From: an uncultured Gammaproteobacteria bacterium
GTDB taxonomy: Bacteria; Pseudomonadota; Gammaproteobacteria; Steroidobacterales; Rariloculaceae
Direction of reading: 5' to 3'
NCBI GenBank assembly: GCA_964503125.1
Contig: CAZCZE010000064.1
Span: 64,052-128,051, forward strand
DNA: 64,000 nt
Both the position numbers and the translations under genes were made by a program. Numbering within the stretch: position 1 is the first letter of the stretch; each line of letters begins with the position of its first letter. Shown here piece after piece: positions 1-9,377 of this stretch. A model generated the notes under the pieces. The model saw only the letters and a list, made by a program, of their open reading frames with translations, did no database searches and was not told the DNA's origin.

Positions 1-361
1 CGGCTTCGTCGACGGCGCCTTCGAGCACGGCCGTGATGGCGCGGCCCGCGCGATGGTGCATGCGGTAGCTGAGCTCGAAGTCGCCGACCGAGAACTCCGC
101 CTCGCGCAAGCTGCGGTACAGCGAGTCGAGCGCGGGCTCGTCGACGGCGCGGTGCTGCCCGAGCTCGGCGTCGAGCCTCTCGAGCGCTTCGAAGAAGTGG
201 CCCTGCTGCGCGTAATAGAGCGCCTCGCCGAAGTACCAGTCGCGCGACCCTTGGAAGTCCCCGAAGGGGGGCGCCGTCGCCTCGTCGTCGGCGGGCGGGC
301 GCGCCGCGGCGACGGCCATGAAGCCGAGCGCCAACAGGCCAAGCAGCGGGTTGACGCGCAT
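1..361 (-). CDS. TPR-like secreted protein, N-terminal part (gene runs off the left edge)
   Basis: Open frame on the minus strand from ATG at 361..359 to the window edge. It has no stop in the window, so it is absent from the ORF track. My translation is MRVNPLLGLLALGFMAVAAARPPADDEATAPPFGDFQGSRDWYFGEALYYAQQGHFFEALERLDAELG..., a signal-like N-terminus then TPR-like helices. Third codon positions are G/C-rich. It lies 40 nt downstream of the 401..934 gene on the same strand. Confidence 0.55.
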   Translation of the reverse strand, partial: MRVNPLLGLLALGFMAVAAARPPADDEATAPPFGDFQGSRDWYFGEALYYAQQGHFFEALERLDAELGQHRAVDEPALDSLYRSLREAEFSVGDFELSYRMHHRAGRAITAVLEGAVDEA

Positions 362-400
362 CGGGTGTGTCATACGGCGCTCGTGGCTCTCGAGTGCCGC

Positions 401-934
401 CTACCACTCACCAAGATCGATGGCCGCGGGACCGTTGAGCGCGATCCCGAGCAGCTTCGGCTCGATACCCTTGTCGAACGAGAACGTGGCGCTGCTATCG
501 AAGTCGTCGCCGCTCGGCGTCTTGCCGTTGATCGACACGGCGATCTCGTGGCTGCCGGTCGGAACGTTGCCCGTGTAGATGCGCTGCACGCCGCCGTTCT
601 GCAGCGCATCGAGCTCCTTGAAGCCGTAGAGGTAGTGGGTCGCGAGCGCGCCGTCGATGGCGATCTGCATCGAATCGAGACGGAACGTCTCGCCTTCGGC
701 GATCGAGACGAAGATCGCGAGCTGGGTGTTCGAGGGATACAGGAGCTTCTCTTCGAGGCGGGTCAGGTCCGCCGCGATGCCGAGCACGTCGGTCTTGATT
801 TCCTGCACTTGCTCGTCGAGGCTGCGCATCTCCGCGCTCGCGAGCTCCTGAGCCAGCGCGATTGCCGGCACGCAGGCCGCGCACAAGATCCCACCGAACA
901 ACGGGCCGATCCTTGACCTCGTCATCGTCAACAC
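401..934 (-). CDS. hypothetical secreted protein
   Basis: 177-aa ORF with a signal-like N-terminus (RIGPLFGGILCAACVPAIALAQE). GTG start at 934, alternative ATG at 925. No family recognised. Probably co-transcribed with the TPR-like gene downstream. Confidence 0.7.
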   Translation of the reverse strand: MLTMTRSRIGPLFGGILCAACVPAIALAQELASAEMRSLDEQVQEIKTDVLGIAADLTRLEEKLLYPSNTQLAIFVSIAEGETFRLDSMQIAIDGALATHYLYGFKELDALQNGGVQRIYTGNVPTGSHEIAVSINGKTPSGDDFDSSATFSFDKGIEPKLLGIALNGPAAIDLGEW

Positions 935-1252
935 CCTATCCCTGTGTCTTGATGATCGCGGCAGTGTCCGTGAAATTCGCTGGGCACCGGTGTGAACTGA
1001 CCCACAAAAAGTGACCGAAACGTGACGTCGTTCTTTGGCGACAGGTGGAGCCGCGCGCGACGTGTGCTCATCGAGGCGGTGCGCGACACCTCTGAAGGTG
1101 ACGTAATGCGTTCGTCGCGGCCGTGCACCCGCGACGTCGCGTATTCACTCGGCCGTGTGACGTCGATCGCATATTCGCGCAACCTCCGTAACCGACAATG
1201 CAGTAGATCGTGTCTTTAGCGATCTGATCACTGACCACGGAGGAGCAGTCAC

Positions 1253-1822
1253 ATGCGCAGGACCGCAATACGCACGCTGCTGATCGGGTCGTTGCTCGTC
1301 GCGTGGGTGGCGCCCGCGTTCGCCCAACCGCCGGCGCACGCACCCGCTCACGGCTGGCGCAAGAAGAACGATCCGTTCTACGTGGGCTACACCGGTAGGC
1401 AGTGGGAGCGCGATTTCGACATCTCGTCGGGTAGCTGCAACCGCCAAGAGATCGCGACCGTGATCGGCGGCATCGCCGGCGGCGTGATCGCGAATCGCGT
1501 CGCGGACGAGCACAAGCCGGTCGCGACGCTCATCGGCGTCATCGCCGGCGCCGTCATCGGCAACCGCATCGGCCGCGAGCTCGACGAAGCCGACCGCGGT
1601 TGCTTCGGCCACGCGCTCGAGATCGCGCGCCCGCGCCAGCGGATCACGTGGACGAACGAGCTGGCCGGCGTGCGCTACGTGCTGTCGCCGGGCGCGGACC
1701 GCCCGCGCGGTGGCATCGCGTGCCGCGAGTACACGCTCGTCACGGTCGTGGGCCGCGACCGCTCGACGCAGACGGGTATCGCCTGCCAGTCGCAGCCCGG
1801 AGTCTGGCAAGTCGCCAAGTGA
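1253..1822 (+). CDS. glycine-zipper / 17-kDa surface-antigen-like outer membrane protein
   Basis: 189 aa with a signal peptide (LLVAWVAPAFAQ). Glycine-zipper stretches IGGIAGGVIANRV and IGVIAGAVIGNRIG. C-terminal GIACREYTLV...GIACQSQPGVWQV is typical of the surface-antigen family. Confidence 0.8.
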   Translation: MRRTAIRTLLIGSLLVAWVAPAFAQPPAHAPAHGWRKKNDPFYVGYTGRQWERDFDISSGSCNRQEIATVIGGIAGGVIANRVADEHKPVATLIGVIAGAVIGNRIGRELDEADRGCFGHALEIARPRQRITWTNELAGVRYVLSPGADRPRGGIACREYTLVTVVGRDRSTQTGIACQSQPGVWQVAK

Positions 1823-1826
1823 CTCC

Positions 1827-1846
1827 GAGCGCTGCACCCAGCGCTC
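1827..1846 (+). terminator. stem-loop downstream of the surface-antigen gene (possible terminator)
   Basis: GAGCGCTG-CACC-CAGCGCTC is a perfect 8-bp stem, 5 nt after the stop codon. No clear T-tract follows. Confidence 0.35.
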
Positions 1847-1997
1847 TACGCTGAGCCAACCCTCCGTCCCACACGGAACGTTCGCGGCCGCGCCGCTCGA
1901 CGGTCGCGCGCGGATACGATGAGCCCCTCGTCCCACCGCGGGGCACCGAACCGCCCGGCCCCGGCTATACTCGGCCAATAACAACGAGGAGCGACCC

Positions 1998-3272
1998 TTG
2001 ACCAGCGGAATCTACGCGCGTCTGAGCGTCATGATGTTCCTCGAGTTCTTCATTTGGGGCGCGTGGTTCGTGACGATGGGCAGTTATCTCACGGGCTCAC
2101 TCGCGTTCAGCGGCGCCGACAGCGCGCTCGCGTACAGCACTCAGTCGTGGGGCGCCATCGTCGCGCCGTTCATCATCGGCCTCATTGCCGACAAATACGT
2201 GAATGCCGAGCGCCTGCTCGGTGTCATTCACTTGGTCGGCGCGGCACTCATGTATGCGCTCGCGAGCGCGACCGAGTTTTCGGGTTTCTATCCGTACTTG
2301 TTGCTGTACATGATCCTCTACATGCCGACGCTCGCGCTCGTCAACGCGATCTCGTTTCGGCAGATGACCGACCCCGCGCGGCTATTCGGCTTCGTCCGCG
2401 TGTGGGGCACGGGGGGCTGGATCGTCGCGGGCCTCCTGATCAGCTACGGGTTCGGTTGGGACTCGCAGGCCGGCATCACATCGGGACTCTTGCGCAACAC
2501 GTTCACGATGGCCGCCGTCGCGTCGCTCGCGCTCGGAGTCTTCAGCTTCACGCTGCCGCGCACGCCGCCGCAGAAGACGGGCTCTGCCCGTGGCGCGGGC
2601 GGGCTGCGCGAAACGCTCGGGATCGACGCGCTCGCGCTGCTGCGCAATCGCAATTTCCTCGTGTTCTTCTTGGCCTCGATTCTCGTCTGCATCCCGCTCG
2701 CGTTCTACTACCAGCACGCGAACCAGTTTCTCACGGAGATCGAGGTCCCCGGCGCCGCGGGCATCCAGACCTTGGGCCAGATGTCCGAGGTCGCGTTCAT
2801 GCTGCTCGTACCGTTCTTCTTGAAGCGCTTCGGCATGAAGCTCACGCTGCTGATCGGCATGCTCGCGTGGGCGGTGCGCTACGTGCTGTTCGCATATGGC
2901 GATGCCGGCGAGCTCGTGTTCATGCTGATCCTCGGCATCGCACTGCACGGCGTCTGCTACGACTTCTTCTTCGTCGCGGGCCAGGTGTTCACGGACTCCA
3001 AGGCCGGGCCGCGCTACAAGAGCGCCGCGCAGGGTTTGATCACGCTCGCGACTTACGGCGTCGGCATGCTGATCGGCTTTTGGGTCGCCGGTCAGCTTAC
3101 CGATACGTTCGCCATCGGCGTTGGCGACCACGACTGGCGCTCGATCTGGCTGTATCCGGCCGCGTTCGCGGGCGCCGTGGCGGTGCTGTTCGGCGTATTG
3201 TTCAAGAACGAGGTCGTCGCCTATGACCCGCAGTCGACAGGGGCGCGATCAACGACGCAGAGCCATGGCTAG
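1998..3272 (+). CDS. MFS transporter, nucleoside:H+ symporter-like
   Basis: 424 aa with about 12 hydrophobic segments. The N-terminus MMFLEFFIWGAWFVTMGSYL resembles the NupG/XapB-type Nuc_H_symport family. TTG start at 1998; ATG alternatives at 2031/2034. Confidence 0.85.
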   Translation: MTSGIYARLSVMMFLEFFIWGAWFVTMGSYLTGSLAFSGADSALAYSTQSWGAIVAPFIIGLIADKYVNAERLLGVIHLVGAALMYALASATEFSGFYPYLLLYMILYMPTLALVNAISFRQMTDPARLFGFVRVWGTGGWIVAGLLISYGFGWDSQAGITSGLLRNTFTMAAVASLALGVFSFTLPRTPPQKTGSARGAGGLRETLGIDALALLRNRNFLVFFLASILVCIPLAFYYQHANQFLTEIEVPGAAGIQTLGQMSEVAFMLLVPFFLKRFGMKLTLLIGMLAWAVRYVLFAYGDAGELVFMLILGIALHGVCYDFFFVAGQVFTDSKAGPRYKSAAQGLITLATYGVGMLIGFWVAGQLTDTFAIGVGDHDWRSIWLYPAAFAGAVAVLFGVLFKNEVVAYDPQSTGARSTTQSHG

Positions 3273-4101
3273 CTACCGCTACAACACCATCGACGTCTTC
3301 ACGGCGACGCCGCTCAAAGGCAACGCGCTCGCGGTCGTACACGGCGCGGACGACTGGTCCGACCAGGAGATGCAGAGGTTCGCGCACTGGACGAACCTGA
3401 GCGAAACCACGTTCCTGCTCGAGCCGACGGACCCCGCGGCCGATTACCGCGTGCGGATCTTCTTCCCCAGCAACGAGCTGCCGTTCGCAGGCCACCCGAC
3501 GCTCGGCACGTGCCACGCGTGGCTGGCCGCGGGCGGAAAACCGCGCAACAAGGACGAGATCGTGCAGCAGTGCGGCGTCGGCCTCGTGCGAGTGCGCCGC
3601 GAGAACAAGCGCCTCGCGTTCGCGGCGCCGCCGCTGCGCCGCAGCGGCGACGTCGACGCGGCTACGATCGATGCGATCACGCGCAGCCTGCGCATCGAGC
3701 GCAAGGCGATCCGCGCCGCGCAATGGGCCGACAACGGCCCGGGCTGGGTCGCCGTGATGCTCGGCTCCCGCGACGAGTTGCTCGCGCTCAAGCCCGACTT
3801 CGCGCGGCTGACGCCGAAAGACATCGGTGTCGTCGCGCCGATGCCGCCGGGCCACGAAACGCTGTTCGAGATGCGCGCGTTCATCGGGGGCTCGGGACCC
3901 AACGAGGACCCCGTGACGGGCAGCCTCCAGGCCGGGCTCGCACAATGGCTCATCGGAGCCGGCATGGCGCCCGAGCGTTACGTGGCGACACAAGGCACCG
4001 CGCTCGGCCGCGACGGCCGCGTGTACATCGAGAAGCGTGGGCCGGACATTTGGGTCGGCGGCGACTGCGTGACGCTCGTCGAAGGCAAGGTGAAGCTATG
4101 A
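3265..4101 (+). CDS. PhzF family isomerase
   Basis: Internal ATG at 3265 of the 3121..4101 ORF gives MASYRYNTIDVFTATPLKGNALAVV...ETTFLL...FAGHPTLGT, typical PhzF-family blocks. It overlaps the MFS stop by 8 nt. Confidence 0.9.
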   Translation: MASYRYNTIDVFTATPLKGNALAVVHGADDWSDQEMQRFAHWTNLSETTFLLEPTDPAADYRVRIFFPSNELPFAGHPTLGTCHAWLAAGGKPRNKDEIVQQCGVGLVRVRRENKRLAFAAPPLRRSGDVDAATIDAITRSLRIERKAIRAAQWADNGPGWVAVMLGSRDELLALKPDFARLTPKDIGVVAPMPPGHETLFEMRAFIGGSGPNEDPVTGSLQAGLAQWLIGAGMAPERYVATQGTALGRDGRVYIEKRGPDIWVGGDCVTLVEGKVKL

Positions 4102-5039
4102 GCCAAAGGAGCACCGCGATGAATCGCCGCCGTTTCTTGACCCGCAGCGGCGCGCTCGCCGCGAGCTCGCTCGTCGGGCTGGAGCTCTTCTCGCAGCCGG
4201 CGCGCGCCGACGGCTGCGGCGGCCCCGCCCCCGCCGTGCAGCTTTACACCGTGCGCGACGCGCTCGGTCGCGACCCGGGGGCGGCGCTCGCGTCGTTGCG
4301 CGAGATCGGCATCGTCGAGGCCGAGCTCTACGGCCTGAACGGCCCCGAGAGCGCGACGCTGTTCGGCATGCCCGCGAGCGACCTGAAGCGCGCGCTCGAC
4401 GCGAACGGCATTCGCGTGCCGATCTCGCACATCGGCGGGGCGCTCACGAACACCGCCGCGATCGCCGACATCGCGCGCGCCCTCGGGATCGAGACGCTCG
4501 TCGTGGCGCTGCCGAGCGAGTTCAGCGGCCTGCGCGACGGCCGTTTCACGATGGTACCGGCCGAGAGCCGCGCGCAGCTCGACGCCCTCGCGGCAAAGCT
4601 CAATCGCACGGGCCGCGAGTATCGCGACCGCGGCCTTAAGTTCGGCTACCACAACCATCACATCGAGTTCACGAAGGTCGACGGCATCGTGCCGTACGAC
4701 TACCTCATGGCCAACACGGATCCGGAGCTCGTCAAGATCGAGCTCGACGTCGGCTGGCTCGCGACGGCGGGTGTCGACCCCGTCGAGTACCTGCGCCGCC
4801 ACGCGGGCCGCGTCATCGCCTGTCACCTCAAGGACTACGCTCCGGACATCGCAACCGACGTGCCACAGCGCAAGCTCGTCGCACCGGGCGCCGGCACGAT
4901 CGATTTCGCGGCCGTGCTCGCCGCGATGCGCGCGACCGGGGTAACGCACGGCTACATCGAGGTTGACGTCTCGGACGACCCAATGGGCGACGTCCGCCGC
5001 GGCCACGCGCACCTGCAAATGCTGAAGGGGTGTGCCTAG
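4098..5039 (+). CDS. sugar phosphate isomerase/epimerase (xylose-isomerase-like TIM barrel), Tat-exported
   Basis: ATGA overlap with the PhzF stop. Twin-arginine signal MSQRSTAMNRRRFLTRSGALAASS. Blocks YHNHHIEF, IELDVGW and HLKD. Confidence 0.9.
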   Translation: MSQRSTAMNRRRFLTRSGALAASSLVGLELFSQPARADGCGGPAPAVQLYTVRDALGRDPGAALASLREIGIVEAELYGLNGPESATLFGMPASDLKRALDANGIRVPISHIGGALTNTAAIADIARALGIETLVVALPSEFSGLRDGRFTMVPAESRAQLDALAAKLNRTGREYRDRGLKFGYHNHHIEFTKVDGIVPYDYLMANTDPELVKIELDVGWLATAGVDPVEYLRRHAGRVIACHLKDYAPDIATDVPQRKLVAPGAGTIDFAAVLAAMRATGVTHGYIEVDVSDDPMGDVRRGHAHLQMLKGCA

Positions 5040-5052
5040 GGTTGAACCCGTT

Positions 5053-5433
5053 TCAGGGTTGCGCCGGAGGGGCGGCTACGGGGCGCTCGACGTCGCGATC
5101 CTCGCGCCGGCCTTCGCTGCGATCGTCGTCGTCCTCGTGAAGCTCGTCGCGCTCGCGGCGCAGGCCGCCCCGTTCGTCCTCATTGGCCTCGGCACGCGCA
5201 GCATCACGGCCGCCGTCGTCGCCGGTCGCCGCATCGCGCTCGGCGCGGCCGTCGCTTTCGGCGCCCTCTTCGCCCTCACCGCGGTTAGCGTCGAGCTCGA
5301 GCACGACGGCGTCGACGTCGCTCAAATCGTCGAGCACGCGCATCGTGACGCCCGAGAGATCGCCGTCTTGCGCGAACGCGCTCGCCGAGCCGAACGCCAG
5401 CGCCGCCACCGAGGTCAGGACTCGCCGTTGCAT
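5053..5433 (-). CDS. hypothetical acidic secreted protein
   Basis: Start MQRRVLTSVAALAFGSASAFAQ is a signal peptide; the remainder is rich in D/E/R/G. G/C-rich third positions. A plus-strand ORF (5032..5526) competes for this region, so confidence is moderate. Confidence 0.5.
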   Translation of the reverse strand: MQRRVLTSVAALAFGSASAFAQDGDLSGVTMRVLDDLSDVDAVVLELDANRGEGEEGAESDGRAERDAATGDDGGRDAARAEANEDERGGLRRERDELHEDDDDRSEGRREDRDVERPVAAPPAQP

Positions 5434-5574
5434 GAGGTCCACTCCGTAAGGCTTTGCGGCATCGTACAACGCCGTCCGTCGCCGGCGGCGAACTGGAGCA
5501 CAGTTGTCGGGCTATCTCTAGAATAGCCACGCCGGCTGGACGGCCCAGAGCCGCTCCTTTATAAACAGTAGTTT

Positions 5575-8004
5575 ATGGATCGATCTCGCCTCATCCTCGG
5601 CGTCGTGGGCGTGGCCGCCGCGCTCGGCGGCGGCGCGGCCGCGTTCCTATACCGCGGCGAGCTGTTCGGCCCGAGCGGCGAAGAGCAGTGGACGATCGTC
5701 CAGACCTACTGCGTCGAATGTCATAACGCGGCCGAGGCCGCGGGCGGCGTCGTCTTCGAAGGCATGACGCCCGACTCCGTGGCGCTCGAGGCGCAGGTGT
5801 TCGAAGCGGCCGTGGGCAAGCTGCGTGGCCGGCTCATGCCGCCGCCGGGCGAGCCGCAGCCCGATCAGCCGCGCATCGACTCGTTCGTCGCCTGGCTGGA
5901 GCGCTCGATCGACGAGAGCGCCGCCCTGCCGCGAGCAGGACACGTGCCGATCCAGCGCCTGAGCCGCACCGAGTACGCAGCCGCCGTCAAGGGTCTCGTC
6001 GGCGTCGAGATCGACGCGGCCGAGTTCCTGCCGGCCGAGATCGAGGTCGACGGCTTCGACAAGGTCGCGGCCGCTTTGAGCGTCTCGCCGGCGTTCCTAG
6101 ACCAGTACGTCGCCGCCGCGCGCCACGTCGCGCATCTCGCCGTCGGCGAGCCCGCGCCTAAAGTCGCGAGCGTATCGTTCCCGAAGGCCGAAGACGATCA
6201 AGACGACTACGTCGACGGCATGCCGCTCGGCACACGCGGCGGCGTGCGCTTCACGCACAACTTCCTGGCCGACGGCGAATACCGCATCACGATTACGGAC
6301 CTCGACGTGGGGCAGTACGCGCGCTCTCTCGAGAGCGAGCACACGGTTGTCATGCTGCTCGACCGCAACGAGGTGTTCCGCACGCAGCTCGGCGGTCGCG
6401 AGGAGCTCATGCTCTACAATCGCGGCGGCGCCCCGGCGAAGGCCGATATCATGGAACGGTTCACGAAGATTCCCGTGGCCGTAACCGCGGGGGTCCACGA
6501 GGTCGCGTTCACGTTCATCGAGCGCGCGCGCGCCTCGACCGAGGATCACATTTTCGGCTTTCAGCCGTACGGCGGCTTCGACTACGTGGGCAAGATGCGT
6601 GTGCCGCGCGTCATCGGCCGCATCGTGGTCGAAGGGCCATTCGGCGACACGGGCCTGTCGCGCACGGCGAGCCGCGACAAGATCCTCGTCTGCACGCCGG
6701 GCTCGCTCGCCGACGAGCGGCCCTGTGCCGAACGTATTGCGACCACGCTCGCGACGCGTGCGTTCCGCCGTCCCGTCGACACGGGCGACGTCGAGCGTCT
6801 GATGCCGTTCTACGAGAACGGCCGCGCAGCCGGCAATTTCGATACCGGCGTCGAGCAACTCGTGACGGCCGTGCTCGCGAGCCCCGATTTTCTCTACCGC
6901 GCCATCGCGCCGTCGCCCGAGGATCGCGCCGAGACTTTCGCGCTCGACGACTTCGAGCTCGCGTCGCGGCTGTCGTTTTTCCTCTGGAGCCAGGGGCCCG
7001 ACGAGGAGCTGCTGAAGCTCGCCGCCGAAGGCGAGCTCGGCGACACCGACGTCATCGAAGCCCAAGTCGAGCGCATGCTCGCCGATCCGCGTGCGGAGTC
7101 GCTCGTCACGGACTTCGCGCTGCGCTGGCTCAACGTCGACGAGATCGACGCCGTGGACCCCGACGATCGGTTGTTCCCCGACTTCACGGACGCGTTGCGC
7201 GATGACTTCGCCAAGGAGATCGAGCTCTTCGTGGCGAGCGTGCTGCTCGATGACCGCGACGTGCGCGAGCTCCTGACGGCCGACTGGACCTTCGTCAACG
7301 AACGGCTCGCACGGCACTACGGCATGGGTGCCGTGCATGGCCCGCAATTCCGTCGCGTGACGGTCGAGGACGACGCGCGCCGCGGCCTGCTCGGCAAGGG
7401 CGCGGTGCTGCTGCGCACGTCGTACGGCGATCGCACGTCGCCCGTGCTGCGCGGCGCGTGGGTGCTCGACAAGCTCATGGGCACGCCGCCGACACCGCCG
7501 CCCCCGGGCGTCGAGACGAATCTCGACACGCCCGAAGGCGAGAGGCCGAAGACGGTTCGCGCGCGGCTCGAGCAGCACCGCGAAGACGCGAACTGCAAGG
7601 CCTGCCACGGCGTCATCGATCCGTACGGCTTGGCGCTCGAGAACTTCTCGGTTACCGGCCAGTGGCGCGACGTCGACCCGGTGGCCGAAGAGCCGATCGA
7701 CGCCTCGACCGAGCTGTCGAGCGGTCAGGTCCTGAATGGACCCATCGAGCTGCGGCAAGTACTGCTGCGCCGACCGGATCAGTTCGTGCAAGCGCTCACG
7801 GCGAAGCTCATGATGTACGCGCTCGGGCGCGAGCTCGAGTATTTCGACATGCCGCAGATACGCGCCGTCGTGAGCACCGCCGCGCGCGACGACTATCGGT
7901 TCGCGAGCGTAGTGACCGCTATCGTCAACAGCGACGCATTTCGCATGCAGGCGCTGCCGCACGCAGAAGCCAACGAAGTGACGGCGCGCGCCCAACCCAA
8001 GTAG
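5575..8004 (+). CDS. DUF1592/DUF1588-type protein with two CxxCH motifs (copy 1)
   Basis: 809 aa with an N-terminal TM anchor. CVECH at 5710..5724 and CKACH at 7594..7608. Blocks LASRLSFFLWSQGPDEELL, FVNERLARHYG and SPVLRGAWVLDKLMGTPPTPPPPGV are typical of the Planctomycete-type PSD/DUF1592 family. Confidence 0.9.
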   Translation: MDRSRLILGVVGVAAALGGGAAAFLYRGELFGPSGEEQWTIVQTYCVECHNAAEAAGGVVFEGMTPDSVALEAQVFEAAVGKLRGRLMPPPGEPQPDQPRIDSFVAWLERSIDESAALPRAGHVPIQRLSRTEYAAAVKGLVGVEIDAAEFLPAEIEVDGFDKVAAALSVSPAFLDQYVAAARHVAHLAVGEPAPKVASVSFPKAEDDQDDYVDGMPLGTRGGVRFTHNFLADGEYRITITDLDVGQYARSLESEHTVVMLLDRNEVFRTQLGGREELMLYNRGGAPAKADIMERFTKIPVAVTAGVHEVAFTFIERARASTEDHIFGFQPYGGFDYVGKMRVPRVIGRIVVEGPFGDTGLSRTASRDKILVCTPGSLADERPCAERIATTLATRAFRRPVDTGDVERLMPFYENGRAAGNFDTGVEQLVTAVLASPDFLYRAIAPSPEDRAETFALDDFELASRLSFFLWSQGPDEELLKLAAEGELGDTDVIEAQVERMLADPRAESLVTDFALRWLNVDEIDAVDPDDRLFPDFTDALRDDFAKEIELFVASVLLDDRDVRELLTADWTFVNERLARHYGMGAVHGPQFRRVTVEDDARRGLLGKGAVLLRTSYGDRTSPVLRGAWVLDKLMGTPPTPPPPGVETNLDTPEGERPKTVRARLEQHREDANCKACHGVIDPYGLALENFSVTGQWRDVDPVAEEPIDASTELSSGQVLNGPIELRQVLLRRPDQFVQALTAKLMMYALGRELEYFDMPQIRAVVSTAARDDYRFASVVTAIVNSDAFRMQALPHAEANEVTARAQPK

Positions 8005-8030
8005 CCGGCGCACCACGGGAGGAATAGACG

Positions 8031-9377
8031 ATGTTCCTGACGAAAAAGCATCTGTCGCGCCGTACAGTGCTCAGAGGTGCCGGCGTGTCACTGGCGCTGC
8101 CGCTGCTCGACGCGATGATTCCCGCCGCGACGGCACTCGCTCAAACGGCCGCGGCGCCAAAACTGCGCGTCGGCTTCTTCTACATTCCGCATGGCGCGAT
8201 CCAATGGAACACGGCGCACGGTGCGGCGGCGGATCGCTGGAACCCAAGCGGCTCCGGCGCGAGCTTCAAGTTGAGCGAGATCCTCTCCCCGCTCGAGGAG
8301 TTCAAGCACCTCGTGACATCGTTCTCGCACCTCGAAAACAAGGCCAACCAGAACTCCGTCCACGCGATCGTGCCGGCCACCTGGCTCTCGGGCAAGCGCC
8401 CCGACAGCGGCGCGCAGGGCGCGAGCATGTCGACGACGATCGACCAGATGATCGCCGAGCGCATCGGCCAAGAAACGGCGTTGCCGTCCCTCGAGGTCGC
8501 ATCCGAGACGACGGCGCAAGCCGCGGCTTGTCCATCCGGTGCGGGTTGCTACTACTCGACGACGCTGTCCTTTCGCAACGCGAGTTCGCCGCTGCCGATG
8601 GAATTCAATCCGCGCAAGGTGTTTACGCAACTGCTCGGCGAAGGCGACACCGACACCGAGCGCGCGGCGATCACGGCACAGACGCGCAGCCTGCTCGACC
8701 TGATCGCGAACCGCACGGCCGCACTGCAAAGGGAAGTCGGCGCGAGCGACCGCATCGTGCTCGACGAGTACCTGAGCACGGTGCGCGAGATCGAGCGCCG
8801 CGTCCAAATGGCGGAGCAGCGTGATCTGTCGGCGATCACCCTGCCCGAAGCGCCGATCGGCGAGCTCGACTCTTTCGACGATCAGGTCAAGCTCATGTTC
8901 GACCTGATCGCCCTCGCGTATCAGGCGAACCTCACGCGTGTAGCGTCGTACATCATGGTAGCCGAGGGCACGCAACGCACGTACAACCATATCGGCGTGC
9001 CGGACGCGTTCCACCCGCTGTCGCACCATGCGAACAAGACGGACAGCATCGACAAGCTCGTGCGCATCCAGAAGTACCACGTCGAGCGCTTCGCGGCCTT
9101 CGTGAAGAAGCTCGCCGAGACCCCGGACGGCGACGGGTCGCTGCTCGACCACTCGCTGTTCATGTACGGATCGAACATGAGCAACAGCGACCGGCACAAC
9201 AACTATCCGCTGCCGAACATCCTGGTCGGCGGCGCGAACGGCCGGCTCAAGGGCGGCCAGCAGGTCGAGCTTCCGGAGCACACGCCGCTCACGAACCTGC
9301 TGCTCACGGTGCTCAACAAGGCCGGGCTCGAGATGCCGAGTTTCGCCGACAGCACGGGCGAGATCGCGGGCGTCTGA
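8031..9377 (+). CDS. DUF1552 (HXXSHH) domain protein, Tat signal (copy 1)
   Basis: 448 aa. N-terminus MFLTKKHLSRRTVLRGAGVSLALPLL. HPLSHH motif (DAFHPLSHHANK). GGAGG-type RBS. 26 nt after the DUF1592 gene. Confidence 0.9.
   Translation: MFLTKKHLSRRTVLRGAGVSLALPLLDAMIPAATALAQTAAAPKLRVGFFYIPHGAIQWNTAHGAAADRWNPSGSGASFKLSEILSPLEEFKHLVTSFSHLENKANQNSVHAIVPATWLSGKRPDSGAQGASMSTTIDQMIAERIGQETALPSLEVASETTAQAAACPSGAGCYYSTTLSFRNASSPLPMEFNPRKVFTQLLGEGDTDTERAAITAQTRSLLDLIANRTAALQREVGASDRIVLDEYLSTVREIERRVQMAEQRDLSAITLPEAPIGELDSFDDQVKLMFDLIALAYQANLTRVASYIMVAEGTQRTYNHIGVPDAFHPLSHHANKTDSIDKLVRIQKYHVERFAAFVKKLAETPDGDGSLLDHSLFMYGSNMSNSDRHNNYPLPNILVGGANGRLKGGQQVELPEHTPLTNLLLTVLNKAGLEMPSFADSTGEIAGV

Noticed and set aside
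3510-5039. Long N-terminal extensions offered by the ORF track (3510..5039, 3121..4101, 27923..29473, 40717..43647, 43644..44582, 47074..48126, 48712..50232).
   Set aside because: The upstream portions overlap the preceding genes or are Arg-rich shadow sequence. Internal starts with an RBS and/or signal peptides, and start-stop overlaps, fit much better.
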